Below, piece after piece: positions 47,682-60,089 of a stretch of 64,000 bases of DNA. Source of the DNA: Blepharisma stoltei ATCC 30299 (taxonomy: Eukaryota > Protista > Ciliophora); the NCBI GenBank assembly GCA_965603825.1, contig CBFDEM010000023.1:310001-374000 (forward strand), read 5' to 3'. Position 1 is the first letter of the stretch; each line of letters begins with the position of its first letter. Under the pieces are notes generated by a model. That model saw only the letters and a list, made by a program, of their open reading frames with translations. It ran no database searches and was not told the DNA's origin. A program made the translations under genes and the position numbers.

Positions 47682-50600
47682 TTATTCTGCACAACAAAAA
47701 TAGCCTTGGGTGATCATAAGCCTAAACCTTTCTTTATATGCAAGTGGCAGCAAAGGTGGATTGGAGTCTTCTTTCAAAGCATTTCCTGTGATTGCTTTAT
47801 TTAAATCACATAGCTGGAAATAGTCCATAATTGCAGCAGCCACTTTCTTTTCTGACTTCGAAACCACCAATAAGAGTGAATAATCAATGATGTTTTGTTT
47901 TGCTAAGAGTATAGTATCATTCCAAATCCCAGCATTCAGAACTTCGCTCATTTCTTGATTCAAACAAATAGGCAACCCTCTAAAGTCTTCTAAAAAGCTC
48001 AAATCAACCTTTCCTTTTTCCTGGCAATATTTGCTTACCCCTTTAAGATCATAACTTTCTGAGTCTTCAGGCATTTGATACCTTAAATATTGCATCAATA
48101 TAAGATATTCGTTTCTGGTTCACCCAGTGCTATGGTTTGTGACTTTAATTTTGTAGCCCCCAACCGTTTTCATGAGCCTTGAAGGCATTCCTTTAAAACA
48201 ATGCTTGTACATATGTCTAAAATAGTTCGGGGCTAGCTCTAAGAACATAGCAAATTCAGACTCACTCAAGACTTTTAATATGAACCTTTTATCATGCGAA
48301 ATAAAGCTCCTTCGCTTGCCTGGCAAGTCGTCGAGCCTTTCGGATCTTATAATTGACTGTAAAAATTCATCACCAAGTCCATACCAAGCTTTCCTGAGCG
48401 CTTCAAATTTTTTAGCAAAATAAACAGTGACTGTTATAGTTAGCCTTTCTCCATACAAAATCCTCAAGTCCTCTTTCCTTTTTGCCTCTTCATAGTTGGA
48501 AACCTCAAATACAAAATGAGGGTCTGGAGTTGACAATAATTCATTTTCAAAATATTCATTAAAATCTTCTTGAGCTTCTTTATTTATGATACTCTGATGA
48601 TATGAGATAGAGTTCAATGTATAAGCTACAATTGAGAGCCTATCTTTTTCTTCTACTGATATCCATTGTCCGCCTTGTCCTAATGGCAGTGTCATTGCTC
48701 CGTTTCTTAGGGTTTTAAATGAAGGGCTGTCAAGGAAAGCATCTTTTTCACTAAAAGGCTCAGCTGAGAGAAAAACTGATGTAGGCTCTTCTAGGGTTTT
48801 TAGGCTGAGGTTTGCATCAATTGCCATTTCTCTAATTCGGATTGTTTCTGGTTCTGCTAGTTTGTAGCCCAGTTTAATGCGTAGAATATTGTTTATAGTA
48901 GTTTCAAGTTGGACCTTTATATCACAACATTTAAAAAATAAGCTTCGCTTATAGTTTTCAAGGCAAAGCTGACTTGGATAAGATGAAAGCTGAGATTTCA
49001 TGAGCTTATTTGTAGTTTTATCAATTGCTTCTTTAATGCTGTTAGCCTTTTCACGTAGCACGTCCCATTCAGTTTCTTCTTCTTGGCCCTCTCTTTTGAT
49101 TTTTTCTCTAAGATCTCTATCTATATGGTCAAGTTGATCAAGAACTGATTTTACGGTTGATTTAAGCTGATTGAAGTCGCTTTCTAACGATTGGCTGGCA
49201 TACTCAAAGCTAGTCAATTGAGGAACAAGCTCATAAATTGGATTTTCTTCTCTTTCTATAAAAATGCGAGCTCCAGACAGATAAAATATAAATCTTGATG
49301 AATAGAAATCATGGTGACATCTTAGACTATTTCCAAAAATAGCGACTTTAATGAAAAAATTGTAGATAAATTTATGAAAAGAGTACTCCCAAGTCGCCTT
49401 ACTCAACAAAACTGAGCATTCATCTAATTTTTTACAATGCTTGCATGCTCTTGTCATAACGATTTCATCATTACTCCCCGAGTTTGATTTAGAAATCACC
49501 AATTTTGCTCTTCTGTCTCCTTTAATATAGTAAAACACGTGATTTTTCAAAGGCTGCCCACATTCATATTCACACAAATCATCGATTGTTTTGGAAGCAT
49601 TTGATAAAAATTCACCCAAGGTTCTATCATTTTTCCCATAGAAATCTAAATTCAGCTTTCTAGTCTTATGGCAAATTTTATTTTGGCAAACAGAAATCAT
49701 TTTATAGTCTGCATTTGTTGCATAAAAATTAATGAAGATATGAGGAACTACATTTACTGACCCTTGGATCAGAAAACTTCTTTCAATTCTAATATTTCTG
49801 TACTCTACGGATAGTCTTTTAATTGCAATTTTAATTTTTTTCAGCATTTCTATGCTCGGCCCAGACAAAATAATCGTGCTCACAAGTGTGGGGTACTCAG
49901 GATCTATAAAATGAGCGTAATTTTCTTTTCCAATGGCCTCCACAAAAAACTTCCCACAATCTCCTAAATAAATACTTGTATTTGAGCTCTGGTCAAGCGA
50001 ATTTAAAACTTTCCCCAATGTGCACCTAGCGACCAATTCCAAATCTTTCAGCTTCACTTTTACAAAAGTCGCGATATTTAACGATATCAGCTCGTTTAGA
50101 GCGTTTAACGGCATACTATTTTCTATCAAAATTATATTCGGCCCCATGCTTTTTATTTTTTTTACCATGATTTTTGTATAATTTTCTTCCTGATCTACAA
50201 GTTTATGCATTGCGACTAACTTTTTTTCTGAGCCGCCAAAGTCAGCGGATCCTGAGAGTATCAAAAGTTTAGGCTTGTCGAAAGCCTTGGTCATCCTTTT
50301 ATTTGCAGTGTTTTTCTTTATAATGACTCCATTTATGTATTTCGTTAAGGAATCGTCAGAATATTTTACTAGAACAAATTTCAAATAAGAGGCAATACTC
50401 ATAGCATCTTGCCTGTATCTGATGGAAGGACAGAGAGTGCTGACAATTTGCTTTACAATTTTAATAATGGTGGATTCTCAAGCCTGATTGATTCCTAATT
50501 CTAAAAGCAGAGCTTGGGCTCTGGTTTCTAAGAATTCATTGGAGTATTCATTGAAGCCTTTATGGTAGTCTGTTGTCAATTCTGATAGCAAGTCTTTTAC

Positions 50601-50969
50601 TTTTGATTCAGTTCTCTTAATTTCAATAAATTTGGATTTTAATTCAGATGATTCTTGCAACTTGGAGTCTTCGTTCATTTTAAGCAATATTTCAGGGCTA
50701 GTCATCGAAGGGGTTGCAAGGTGCATAGAAGGCCTTGGTCTTGGTGTCTGAAGCATAACTAAGCATTTCTCACATGACCTGTAGATTCAATTCCCATTTT
50801 CCAACTGCTTTTTTGGAGATGAGCAGTTTGCACAAAAAATCAAGCCACAATATCTGCAATGGTGTCTCCTTCTTACAGCGTTAAACGGCTTTTCGCACTT
50901 AAAGCAAGTTTTACCTGAATAATCAGGCATCCAAAACTCTCGGTTCAATATAGTGAATTCTGATGCCAT
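47682..50969 (-). CDS. FAB1: PI3P 5-kinase FAB1/PIKfyve (1095 aa)
   Basis: FYVE (WMPD...RRHHCRYCG), CCT-like domain, PIPK (YDLKG, IIDYSLL); four ORFs in one frame. Confidence 0.9.
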
Positions 50970-51402
50970 TACTTTCAAATTTTTTAAGCTGATCTAAAAA
51001 TTATATTAGATAATGTTAGGAATTTTGGAATTTTACGAAATAACGCATAAATAGATTGCATATTAAAAATCTTTTCTTTAGATTTTATCTAAACTTTAGT
51101 CTATTCATAAATACCATTAATATTTTCTGTGATATTACTGAATATAATTATGGAAATATTATGAGATATAGTTTTTAAGAACACTAAAATTTTAAGAGCT
51201 TTGCTAAGAAAGGGCTAAGTAAGATAAAGAAATTTTATCAGCAATTTATGTGAAAATGGAGCTTGGAATAATAGCTATGCTTTTTTAGGGTTAATTATGC
51301 TTTATTACCCTCGAAAATAAAGTATAGCAAAAGCAAGTAAAAAATTAGAAAATCTTTAGATTTAATTAACGAAAATAATGATAACAATTAAAATTTGGAC
51401 AA

Positions 51403-53487
51403 CTAAGGCTTAAGCATTATTTGAGTATATGAAGAAATTGGCACATGAGATTGCATTATCATTGTCTTATGGAAAAATCCAGGTCCGCTTTGTATATCTG
51501 ACTGACTAAACAGCGCAGCAAAACAAAGTTGTACCAGCACAGGTGAATTAGGTCTGTGGATTCTGATATGCGAATTTAAATTCATTGCATGTGAATAAGC
51601 TTTTGCGCTCTCCAAACTGCCATCAGGAAATTCAAGCAAGCAATATAAATCTTCGTCACCTCTTCCTTGTACACTCAATACATCACACTCATTTACAGCT
51701 ATTTCTCCTGTTGGAAAGGTTATCTCTGCATGCTTTTTCTTGACATTTATATATTGATGCACTTTATAACTCAAAACGCTCAGAAATGAGCTGAATTCTG
51801 TATACAATGCATCAGTGTCAGGGTTTTCGTTATCATTTATAGCATTATAACAAGTTTTAACGATTTTGTCATCTTTTATAAAAGATCCTGCTTTCCATAT
51901 ATTTTCTATCTGATTTTTTATTAAAGTCCAAGGAGTGTTTCTACCAGTGTAACAGTCAGAAAGCATGGAGAGAAGATAAATTATATGTATCTGAATCCTG
52001 CACTTGACAATAAATTCATTAAAACTAGCTGGCATATCAATCCTGTACGCATGCTGTAACTCACAAGTTTTATACAAAATTGTCTTTAAATTAACTTCAG
52101 GGTCATGAAGATAGCAATGAGGCTGTAAAATCATTTTATTTAATTTTACAACTAAATTTTTGCATAGTGATGCGAATTCAGAGTTTCCTTCTTCTGGGAA
52201 TTTTAGATCAAGAATCATAGAAATTTGTCTTTGAGGCATATATGAGGGGTATAAATCTGAGATATAATTGATGTGCTTTTCACAAGAGCTTGGGATTTCT
52301 AAAGTTTTGTCATAACTATGAGCGTTCACTAAAAATATTAGTTTCGCTACATATATAGGGTCATTCCAGTCATGCTCGTTTGCAAGGAATCTTTTATCTA
52401 ATCCTAACAGCTTGTTGACGAGAAACTTGCCATGCTTATAATTATTTTTTCCCATTTGTGAAGTCACCAAATAAATGTAATTTGTATCTTCTGGGTATTT
52501 TTGGAAAGACGCAAATAAAGCTTCAAGCACCATTAATGCAAGCTGCCCATTCTCAATACGAACCCTACAGAAAAACTCATAAATTGCATGTCTGAGGACA
52601 AGATCAGCGTCTCTTAAGTTAAAAATGCAAGAATCAACATCAGGTTTCTATTTATTTCTTACTTTTCTAAGCCCAAAATAAGGAGTTAATGCAGATAATA
52701 ATTGAAAAACAGAAATTCTGACTTCTCTAAACTCGTCATTGATTGCGTCTAGGGAAATTTTTATGACTTTATATAAGCATGAATTGCATTCTTCTTTGGG
52801 ATGAGAATTTATCACTGTATGAAGCAGTTTACTAATGGCTTCCAGCACCGCCAGCCTTATTTCACAAAATTCTGACTCCAACATAATCAATAAAAATCCG
52901 TTTGCTGGCTGTTTTTCATCAGTTGTCAAAGCTTGGTAAAATGAATTTGGAGAAGGTCTTAGCTGCCCAATCAGCTTAAACGCTTCAATAATAACAGTTC
53001 TAAACTTTGAATAAACCATAGGAGACAATGTATGCATTACATAATCTTCGTTTAAGTTTCTCTTGTTCCTAAAATAGCACCTCATAGCTGAAATCTGCAC
53101 TTCTTCGCTCATGTCATCGAAAAAGGGTAAACAGAAGTCAGGATTTATCGTTTTTATTGAGTCTAAAGCTATAGATCTGACTTTAGGATCAATATCTTTG
53201 GTAAAGCAATATAAAATTTCTTGGGAATCTGGCTCGTTTAAGGGTCATGCAAGTGAAATTAGCTGAATTACTAAAGCTCGGATATTAGGATTTGTATGGG
53301 ACATAAACTTTTTACACACTTCCACATAATAGTGAAGATTAGAAATGCTCCCTACAAGTGGCGCTAAGTACAGAAGCTTAGATATCCCTTCTTTTATGTC
53401 ATCTTGGCTCTCAGATTTCTGTAAAACGTCTAAAAGTGCATTAAATCTCCCTAAATAATTTTGGGTTTCTTCAGTGAGATCTACCAT
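51403..53487 (-). CDS. INTS4: Integrator complex subunit 4-like; 15-nt intron 52648-52662
   Basis: HEAT motifs LESEFCEIR, INDEFREVR, KYPED, DPIYVAKLIFLVNA; TGA 53245; intron GTAAGAAATAAATAG. Confidence 0.75.
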
Positions 53488-53520
53488 TTCTCAATTATAA
53501 GCTTTTCTTATTAACTTAAA

Positions 53521-53901
53521 ATGGCAAACACTATAGTAACGTTTACATAGGCTGAGATCGAAGAAACCATGAAGAAGCTGACAGACTCAGATTCTATACT
53601 GGGATATGCTATATACAGCCCAGAGGCAATCCCTTATAAGCATAAAAAAATCGAATATGCCCAGGTCGTGCAGTATGGAGCGCTCATTTATGATCTCTTG
53701 TTAAGGACTAAGACTAACATTAGGAGATTAGAGCTGCAGCCTCAAGATACTGAACTACAAACCATCCGTATAAGGACTTCAAAGGATACTGAGCTTATTA
53801 TTAGCAATGTCAGCGACTATTTTATGTTAGTCATCCAGCAGTGTGAAGGAAAAAATAAGAAATCATTGGAAGATGAAAAAGAAGAAGTTAAAGAAGCTTA
53901 A
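53521..53901 (+). CDS. Dynein light chain roadblock/LC7; 15-nt intron 53536-53550
   Basis: MANTI|AEIEETMKKL...ELQTIRIRT...ELII...YFMLVIQ; intron GTAACGTTTACATAG. Confidence 0.85.
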
Positions 53902-54190
53902 TTATATTTCAATTTACTCTTATTGCTTAAGTTTAAATAACTGATATAAGAAAAAGGATAAATTAATGCATTCAACTAATATGCCCAATTATTGTACAGG
54001 TTGGGTTTTATCTATGACTCTAACATGGTTTAAACAATGAAATTTTCATGAGAAAAATAATTTTTTAATTGGCTGATGCAACAGAAATACACAAATTATA
54101 TTTTGAAGAATATTAGACCCATTCTCTGTCATTAAATGAAGCTAAGTCTCTAAATAAGTTTAAATATTGCCATTAATATTATCAAGATAT

Positions 54191-54850
54191 ATGGCCGAAG
54201 GAAAAATTAGCTTCGAATTTCACGATGAAGATTTTAAAGAAATCGAAATTGAAGACCAATCCTCCCCTTCTCGCCCAAGTCTTATTTACATACCTAAATC
54301 TGTCTCATCCTCATTAAATAACAACTTTCAAACAAATGAATCTGCACCTCGAACTCCTCAGCAGCTATCTACTCCTATGATAATTCCAATAAGTGAAAGA
54401 GATCTTAAGTTCACTCAATGTATTAGATATGCGAAATTTATCAGAATAATGTCAATCCTAGAATCATTGTTTACCTTTATTTTTCTTATTGCTCCTGATG
54501 GTATGAAATTTTTGATGTTTTTAATTATTGTTCCAGTCATTGGCTTCCTTGCAGGAAGATATTATAAGATTTGGCTTGCGGTTACATATTTAGTTTATAT
54601 TGTGCTGCTAGCTATAGTGAGAATTATTTTAATGGCAATTCTTTATGATGCTTTGCTTACTACTTTAGAGGTTTTAGTTATTGTAATTGATATCCTTGTG
54701 GGTAGAATTTTATGAAAGTTTATTGCAGCTCTAAGAATGCTGACAGAAAGTGAAAGGAGGGATTTGAGAATTTTACAAAATGGGGTTAAGAAGGGCAGCC
54801 ATATGCAGCAGCACACAGATCAGTTTGGGCCTGCTAATTTAATAAGATAA
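54191..54850 (+). CDS. Unknown ~4-TM membrane protein (219 aa)
   Basis: ATG 54191; TGA 54713 read as Trp; TAA 54848-54850. Confidence 0.7.
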
Positions 54851-54971
54851 AGCTGTAATTAAATAGTGCAACTCTAATGAAATAAGATTATTAGCATCCC
54901 ATATAATTTATGTTAAAAAAATTATTCATACCAACAAAGATTTAAAATCAAAAAAATAAATCGCAATTGAT

Positions 54972-56009
54972 TTACATTATAGCACTCATCTGTACTAGTC
55001 TGAACCCATCTCTGTTTAACTCTAAAATCACCCATTTTGGCTGAAGAAGTTTTTGAAACCTCACCCATTTTTGTTTATCGAACGCAGTATCCAATTCTTT
55101 CGCTATAGCAGAAGGGTTTTCATGTTCCTGTACTTGCATTGCCATTGAAATAACCGACTCCTTATCAATTTCTATAATACAATTCACTTCCTCTCCTTTT
55201 GCCCTTCTAATTATATTTGCTACATCTGAAGACACAGGTGCTCCAAACCACTCAAACATAGAAATTCCTCTTTCAAAATTCTGTGACTTTAGCCCATCAA
55301 ACAAGTAAAAATTGCAGAATCTCGCATCATTGAAACAGGAGTAGTTAAATTGTATAGGAATTGGGTGAGAATTTTGATTAGACCATCTTGCAACATTTTC
55401 TGCTTCAGCGGAATGAAGCAAAAACTGTGACAATTGTTTTTTATCCATTGGTTTTTCAACCCCAAACCCACAGTCAATTTGAGCTCCAAGCTTAAGGTAA
55501 AATGAAATTGTTAGTGGACATAATGACAATAAAAATTCCTCATGTCTTGAAAATAGCTGAGAATTGAACCTTAAATTGCTGCAAGATGGAAGCCTGCGCA
55601 GTTTTTCGCAAAAATTTTTTAAACAGTTATAAGACCTAATTCCATCAACGTCATGCTTTATGGTCATATTTAAGCCTGTTGAGTCAACGCTCAAATAGCT
55701 TTTGAGGTCTTGACTGCAAAAAACTGACTCTTCAAGTGAAGTATAGACTTCGTTAAGCCAAATTTCTAGAATTTCAATTAAATCAGCTCGATTTTGAGAG
55801 GATTTAAAAATCATTTTGACTGTTGTTCTTATTTTTTCTTGAGGCTTAATAAAGCTTTCAGCTTCTTCTTTTCTTCTAATTAGGGTATTGAGAGAATAAA
55901 GCGTTGACTTTTGAGAAACGTGGCTTGAAATGTCAGTATCTTTTTCTTGAATATGCTGAGAAAGTAATAACTCGTTTGGATCAGTGCAAACACTTGCTTT
56001 GCAGCCCAT
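54972..56009 (-). CDS. Unknown protein with predicted N-myristoylation/palmitoylation (MGCKAS)
   Basis: 345-aa ORF; MGCxxS consensus. Confidence 0.75.
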   Translation of the reverse strand: MGCKASVCTDPNELLLSQHIQEKDTDISSHVSQKSTLYSLNTLIRRKEEAESFIKPQEKIRTTVKMIFKSSQNRADLIEILEIWLNEVYTSLEESVFCSQDLKSYLSVDSTGLNMTIKHDVDGIRSYNCLKNFCEKLRRLPSCSNLRFNSQLFSRHEEFLLSLCPLTISFYLKLGAQIDCGFGVEKPMDKKQLSQFLLHSAEAENVARWSNQNSHPIPIQFNYSCFNDARFCNFYLFDGLKSQNFERGISMFEWFGAPVSSDVANIIRRAKGEEVNCIIEIDKESVISMAMQVQEHENPSAIAKELDTAFDKQKWVRFQKLLQPKWVILELNRDGFRLVQMSAIM

Positions 56010-56170
56010 TATTAATTTTTATATTAGAGATAATTAAATCGATGAAATATGTAACTTATCTATAGAGGTTTAAATTTCAATTGTTTTTTAGTATTTTTGC
56101 TAATTGAAGATTGCTAATTCAAAATCCACAGAAAATCATAGAAATGGATATATAGGTGATTTTTATTTTA

Positions 56171-56516
56171 TCACGCATCAACGTGAGTTGCAAGCCAGGA
56201 CTTTGAAATATGTGACTATTAACCAAAGATGGTGCAGACAGTCTGAGACTCAGTACCCAGAGTAACAATCTGTATTAAAGCCATCACATAGGCAATGCTA
56301 AGCTTATCCTTTTTAGCTCCCGTATAACTTCCAATAAGGCAAAAACCCCCCTTAGATCACTTTTTTCTAGAGGGCATTTATCGCTACACTCTATCAGTTA
56401 GCAAAATATTGCCAGATGCGCTTGCTGATTGCTATTTTTCCTACTTGATACCTTCAAGCTCGTCAGGAATTGATAAAATAAATTAACTCACATACCATTT
56501 TGTATAGAGTAGTCCT
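56171..56516 (+). ncRNA. Candidate structured ncRNA (possible U17/snR30 homologue)
   Basis: GC-richer intergenic island with nested stems and m1/m2-like motifs. Confidence 0.3.
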
Positions 56517-56554
56517 TAAACACTGATCTGAGATAAACAATAAAAATTTCGAAA

Positions 56555-56929
56555 ATGGCAACAACTGTTAACTATTGGTCAACAAAATCCTTATCAGATT
56601 ACATGCCTGAACCCGAAGAAACCCTAAAACCGATTGAACCCAACAATAAAGATAATATCCTGCTGCTTCAAAAAATTGATCTGTTGCAATCTATGGTAGA
56701 CAAACTTGAAAGCGAAAAAGACTCTCTTACATACAGTTGTTCAGATCTAAAGCAGCTGCTGCAATGTGTCGCTAAGCAGCATGATAAAGAAGCCGAAAGG
56801 CAAAGGAAAAATATAAAAGACCTTGAAAAAAAAATGCATAACTTGGAGCATGCGTTAAAAATTTCAGAAATTCACTCTGCTCATCTAACTTCTATCAGGA
56901 GTTTTTGGGAAGATGTAATAAGAGATTAG
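56555..56929 (+). CDS. Small coiled-coil protein
   Basis: 124-aa ORF ending TAG. Confidence 0.65.
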   Translation: MATTVNYWSTKSLSDYMPEPEETLKPIEPNNKDNILLLQKIDLLQSMVDKLESEKDSLTYSCSDLKQLLQCVAKQHDKEAERQRKNIKDLEKKMHNLEHALKISEIHSAHLTSIRSFWEDVIRD

Positions 56930-57089
56930 TTTAAGGTTTCCTTAATAACTATTTTTAGCTTAAATCTTCTTAAATTTAGATAATTTCTTGCTGCCTAAGA
57001 AAAAAATTTCGTTATGATAAATCTCATTATGCACGTTTCGAATAGTCATTACAAAATCTTCTTTACTTATTGTTCATCATGTTATTAAT

Positions 57090-58112
57090 TTAAACGATAT
57101 CAAGATCCATTATTTGCTGCTGATCTATTATATTGCAGGCTCCTCCTTCTTCTGGATTGAACTCAGCCACACAGTAATTCCCATCCGAATTAATGACAAT
57201 GAGCGTATTTGGCTCTCTTCCAAACGTACAAATTGACTTAGAATCTTTGATTCTCAGTTGGGCAAAGCTGCATTCTGAGTCAAAATATTTTGGTAAAATA
57301 CTTTTCATAAAAGAAAACGCAGACCTCGGATTCGCAGAATTTTGCTGGCTAATAGAATATATATGAATGGTTCCTTTATCACTAGAGCACGCAAGCCATA
57401 AAGATGAAGGATGAAAAGACAAACAATAAATTGAAGCTCGGTCTATTCCACGTCTGAGTTCTTGCATTAAGCTCCCATCATCAATGTTATACACCTTGAT
57501 AGTCGTTCCTTTGTCAGAAGCTGAAGCAAGAATCGTTCCTTGTGGATTCATGCCTAAGCAGGCTATAGAGGTCTCATGAGCGGTTATCTGTATCAATCGA
57601 TCTTCTGTATAGTTGCTAATTCTGATTTTCCCTTTTTCTCTGTCCGGAGTTGCAAGAATAATGCGATCATTATCAGAAGAAAGTGCACAAACCCCTTTCG
57701 GGTTTGGTGCTGTTAGTATGTGATCACGAATTTTTAGGTCTTGCATGCTATAGACGTAAATTTTATTTTCTAGTAAAACTACAGCACGATCTCTTCTTAG
57801 TTTGACTCCTTTTACTTCAGTTCGGAAGCAGAGCTCTCCTGTGGGCCTCATTTGGTGGTCGTCTCATATTATGACTTTATTTGGAGGGTAGCGAGGTGAT
57901 TTGCCACCGCCTACAAGTGCTACGATATTGGAGCGATATAATAATTCGACAATTCCAAATCCTCCTGGGAAATCTCGCCGAAAACAATATTTGAGTGGAT
58001 AAGTGTTAAAAATACGGAAGCCTGAGTCTGTTCCTAAGGTAAAACATGAATAATCTTGATTAAATCCTGTATAAATCAGCTCATCTGCTTGGTTTGGATT
58101 TTGTGTTACCAT
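57090..58112 (-). CDS. ATG18: PROPPIN ATG18/WIPI3-like autophagy protein (340 aa)
   Basis: GFNQD, KVII-W(TGA)-DD, ASDKGT, ELRRG, SSDKGTIHI. Confidence 0.95.
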
Positions 58113-58566
58113 ATGCAATTAAACTATTTTCATAATACTAAATTAGATTTTCGATGTGAGTGAATTTTTTGAAATTATTCGGAAAACGAATTGCAGGATA
58201 ATTAAATGAAAAAGTGAGATTTTCCAATTTACTATGGAATGTAAAAAGAAGAATCATAACTATTGATTTTAATTGTCGAATAAATTAATTATAGGCGAGT
58301 TTATTGAGTGCAAGCTCTCTATATAAAAATCATATCCTAATTAATTTATAGCAAAAAGTTTAGGGATTTTAGATTACCCCATAAAATATTGTCAACGATT
58401 TTTGCTATTAAAGCTTTCAAGTTTTATAAGAGCCATTCATATAGGCGAATTGAATTTTTTATAATTTTAATAAGTTGAGGTTTTAAGACTTTGAAAACAA
58501 ATTATTAAAATCGTAACCATTACTGAATTTTAAATGAAATTATCCGAGAATAGTTTATAATAAAAA

Positions 58567-59844
58567 ATGGAAAACATAGGAAATCAGCCTCTAAGGCAAC
58601 ATCAGCCAAACCAGAATTACATACAATTAGGGCCCGATGGGAGACTTGCTTACACACCACTTATGCCTGGGGCTCCAATCCCTCAGCCAAGCCAAGTTCA
58701 AGGGCATGTTCAGCTCCCAGCCATGTCTATCCCAAATACAGCAGGCTTACATCAGGTGAAAGCCAGCCGTGACCGTTGGGCAAATCGAGTCATTTGTGCA
58801 TCAATTTTCATGATGATGGTCTCTTTTCTTCACATTTCATTTTTAATTTTCAAATTATTCAATTTAGATCAGGAGCCTAAAATACCACCTCAAATGCTTG
58901 TTTTGAAAGCATTCATCATATCCACGATGCTTTTTGTTGCATGGCTTGGCATCAGAGCTGGCAGGTTGAAGAGCAGCAAACATGCGAAACTCTATTTTAA
59001 AGCTTTAGTATTACTCATTCTTGTAATGGTAGTCTGTATTGGAATTTCAATAGCTCTTGTACATACGGGGAAAGTTAGAGGAAATTATGGTGAAGGTAAA
59101 GAAAGAAAAAGATATGGCCATTGGAAAGAAATTAAAGGGGGAAAACATGGCCACTATGACAAAAAAGATCATGGGAAATGGAGCCCTAACGACCTGCCTG
59201 CAGAGGAGCCAGAAGAGTTAAATCCGAGTTTACTTCAAAACGAGGATTATTCGTTCACAGCTAATGAAGAAAGCCAGCCAGATAAGCCAGTTGCAGGAGT
59301 TTCATTTGTCTCTCCTGAAGATTTCTTTGAAGCTCGACCAAAGGATTACTGGCATGATGCAAATGTGGAAGAAAATAAGCTGAACCTTGATGGATTTTAT
59401 GACTTCGATAACATGGATAATTTTGATGATGCCGATAACAATGATGATATTGACGATATTGATGATGTTGATGATTATGATGATATTGATGAGGATTCCA
59501 ATGAGTTTGAATCAAGGGTTCAAGGCCATGGCAAACATAATCATAAAGGTAGCAAAAATCATAAGAAGCACAAGCACCACCACGAGGGCAAGCACTTCAG
59601 AAAGCACGGGTTTGTTGGAGGGATGATTGCTCTTACAATAGTATTTTCAGTTATCGGATCCTTCCTATTCTGCGCGAGAAAGCTATACCGCACATCAAGA
59701 GAGTACGAAGCCTTAGCATACAGCTCTTTGCCAGATCCCCAGAACTACGTGCAAATGTATGCAGCCCAGCCCTATGGTGCTGTTCCAGCAAATAATGTTG
59801 GTTACTATCCTCATTTAGCACCTGTCGGATCAGTTGTGCAATAA
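58567..59844 (+). CDS. 4-TM protein with Asp-rich and His/Lys-rich loop
   Basis: 425-aa ORF; P/Q-rich termini. Confidence 0.75.
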   Translation: MENIGNQPLRQHQPNQNYIQLGPDGRLAYTPLMPGAPIPQPSQVQGHVQLPAMSIPNTAGLHQVKASRDRWANRVICASIFMMMVSFLHISFLIFKLFNLDQEPKIPPQMLVLKAFIISTMLFVAWLGIRAGRLKSSKHAKLYFKALVLLILVMVVCIGISIALVHTGKVRGNYGEGKERKRYGHWKEIKGGKHGHYDKKDHGKWSPNDLPAEEPEELNPSLLQNEDYSFTANEESQPDKPVAGVSFVSPEDFFEARPKDYWHDANVEENKLNLDGFYDFDNMDNFDDADNNDDIDDIDDVDDYDDIDEDSNEFESRVQGHGKHNHKGSKNHKKHKHHHEGKHFRKHGFVGGMIALTIVFSVIGSFLFCARKLYRTSREYEALAYSSLPDPQNYVQMYAAQPYGAVPANNVGYYPHLAPVGSVVQ

Positions 59845-60089
59845 TTTGGATAGATTTTATATTTAGCTAATATGTTAGTAAAATTCTTCTCATATTTTTC
59901 AAATCTTAGATGAATAAGCATTATCTACCAATTTTTACCTATTACTTGGCAGTTTTTTATGCAATTTATTTACTTATGCACAATAATTATATGTTTTACT
60001 TTCTATTATATTTCCAAGCATTTTTTCAAATCTAATTCTTATCAAATGGCGTTTTTTACCACTTGCTGTGGAATTATACATTTAATTAA

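Noticed and set aside
42745-50969. ABCC, FAB1 and others appearing as nonsense-disrupted pseudogenes
   Set aside because: All breaks are in-frame TGA, often at conserved Trp positions; explained by the genetic code
56236-56266. RNase P RNA (GTCTGAGACT resembles CR-I)
   Set aside because: No complementary CR-V/P4 strand downstream on the same strand
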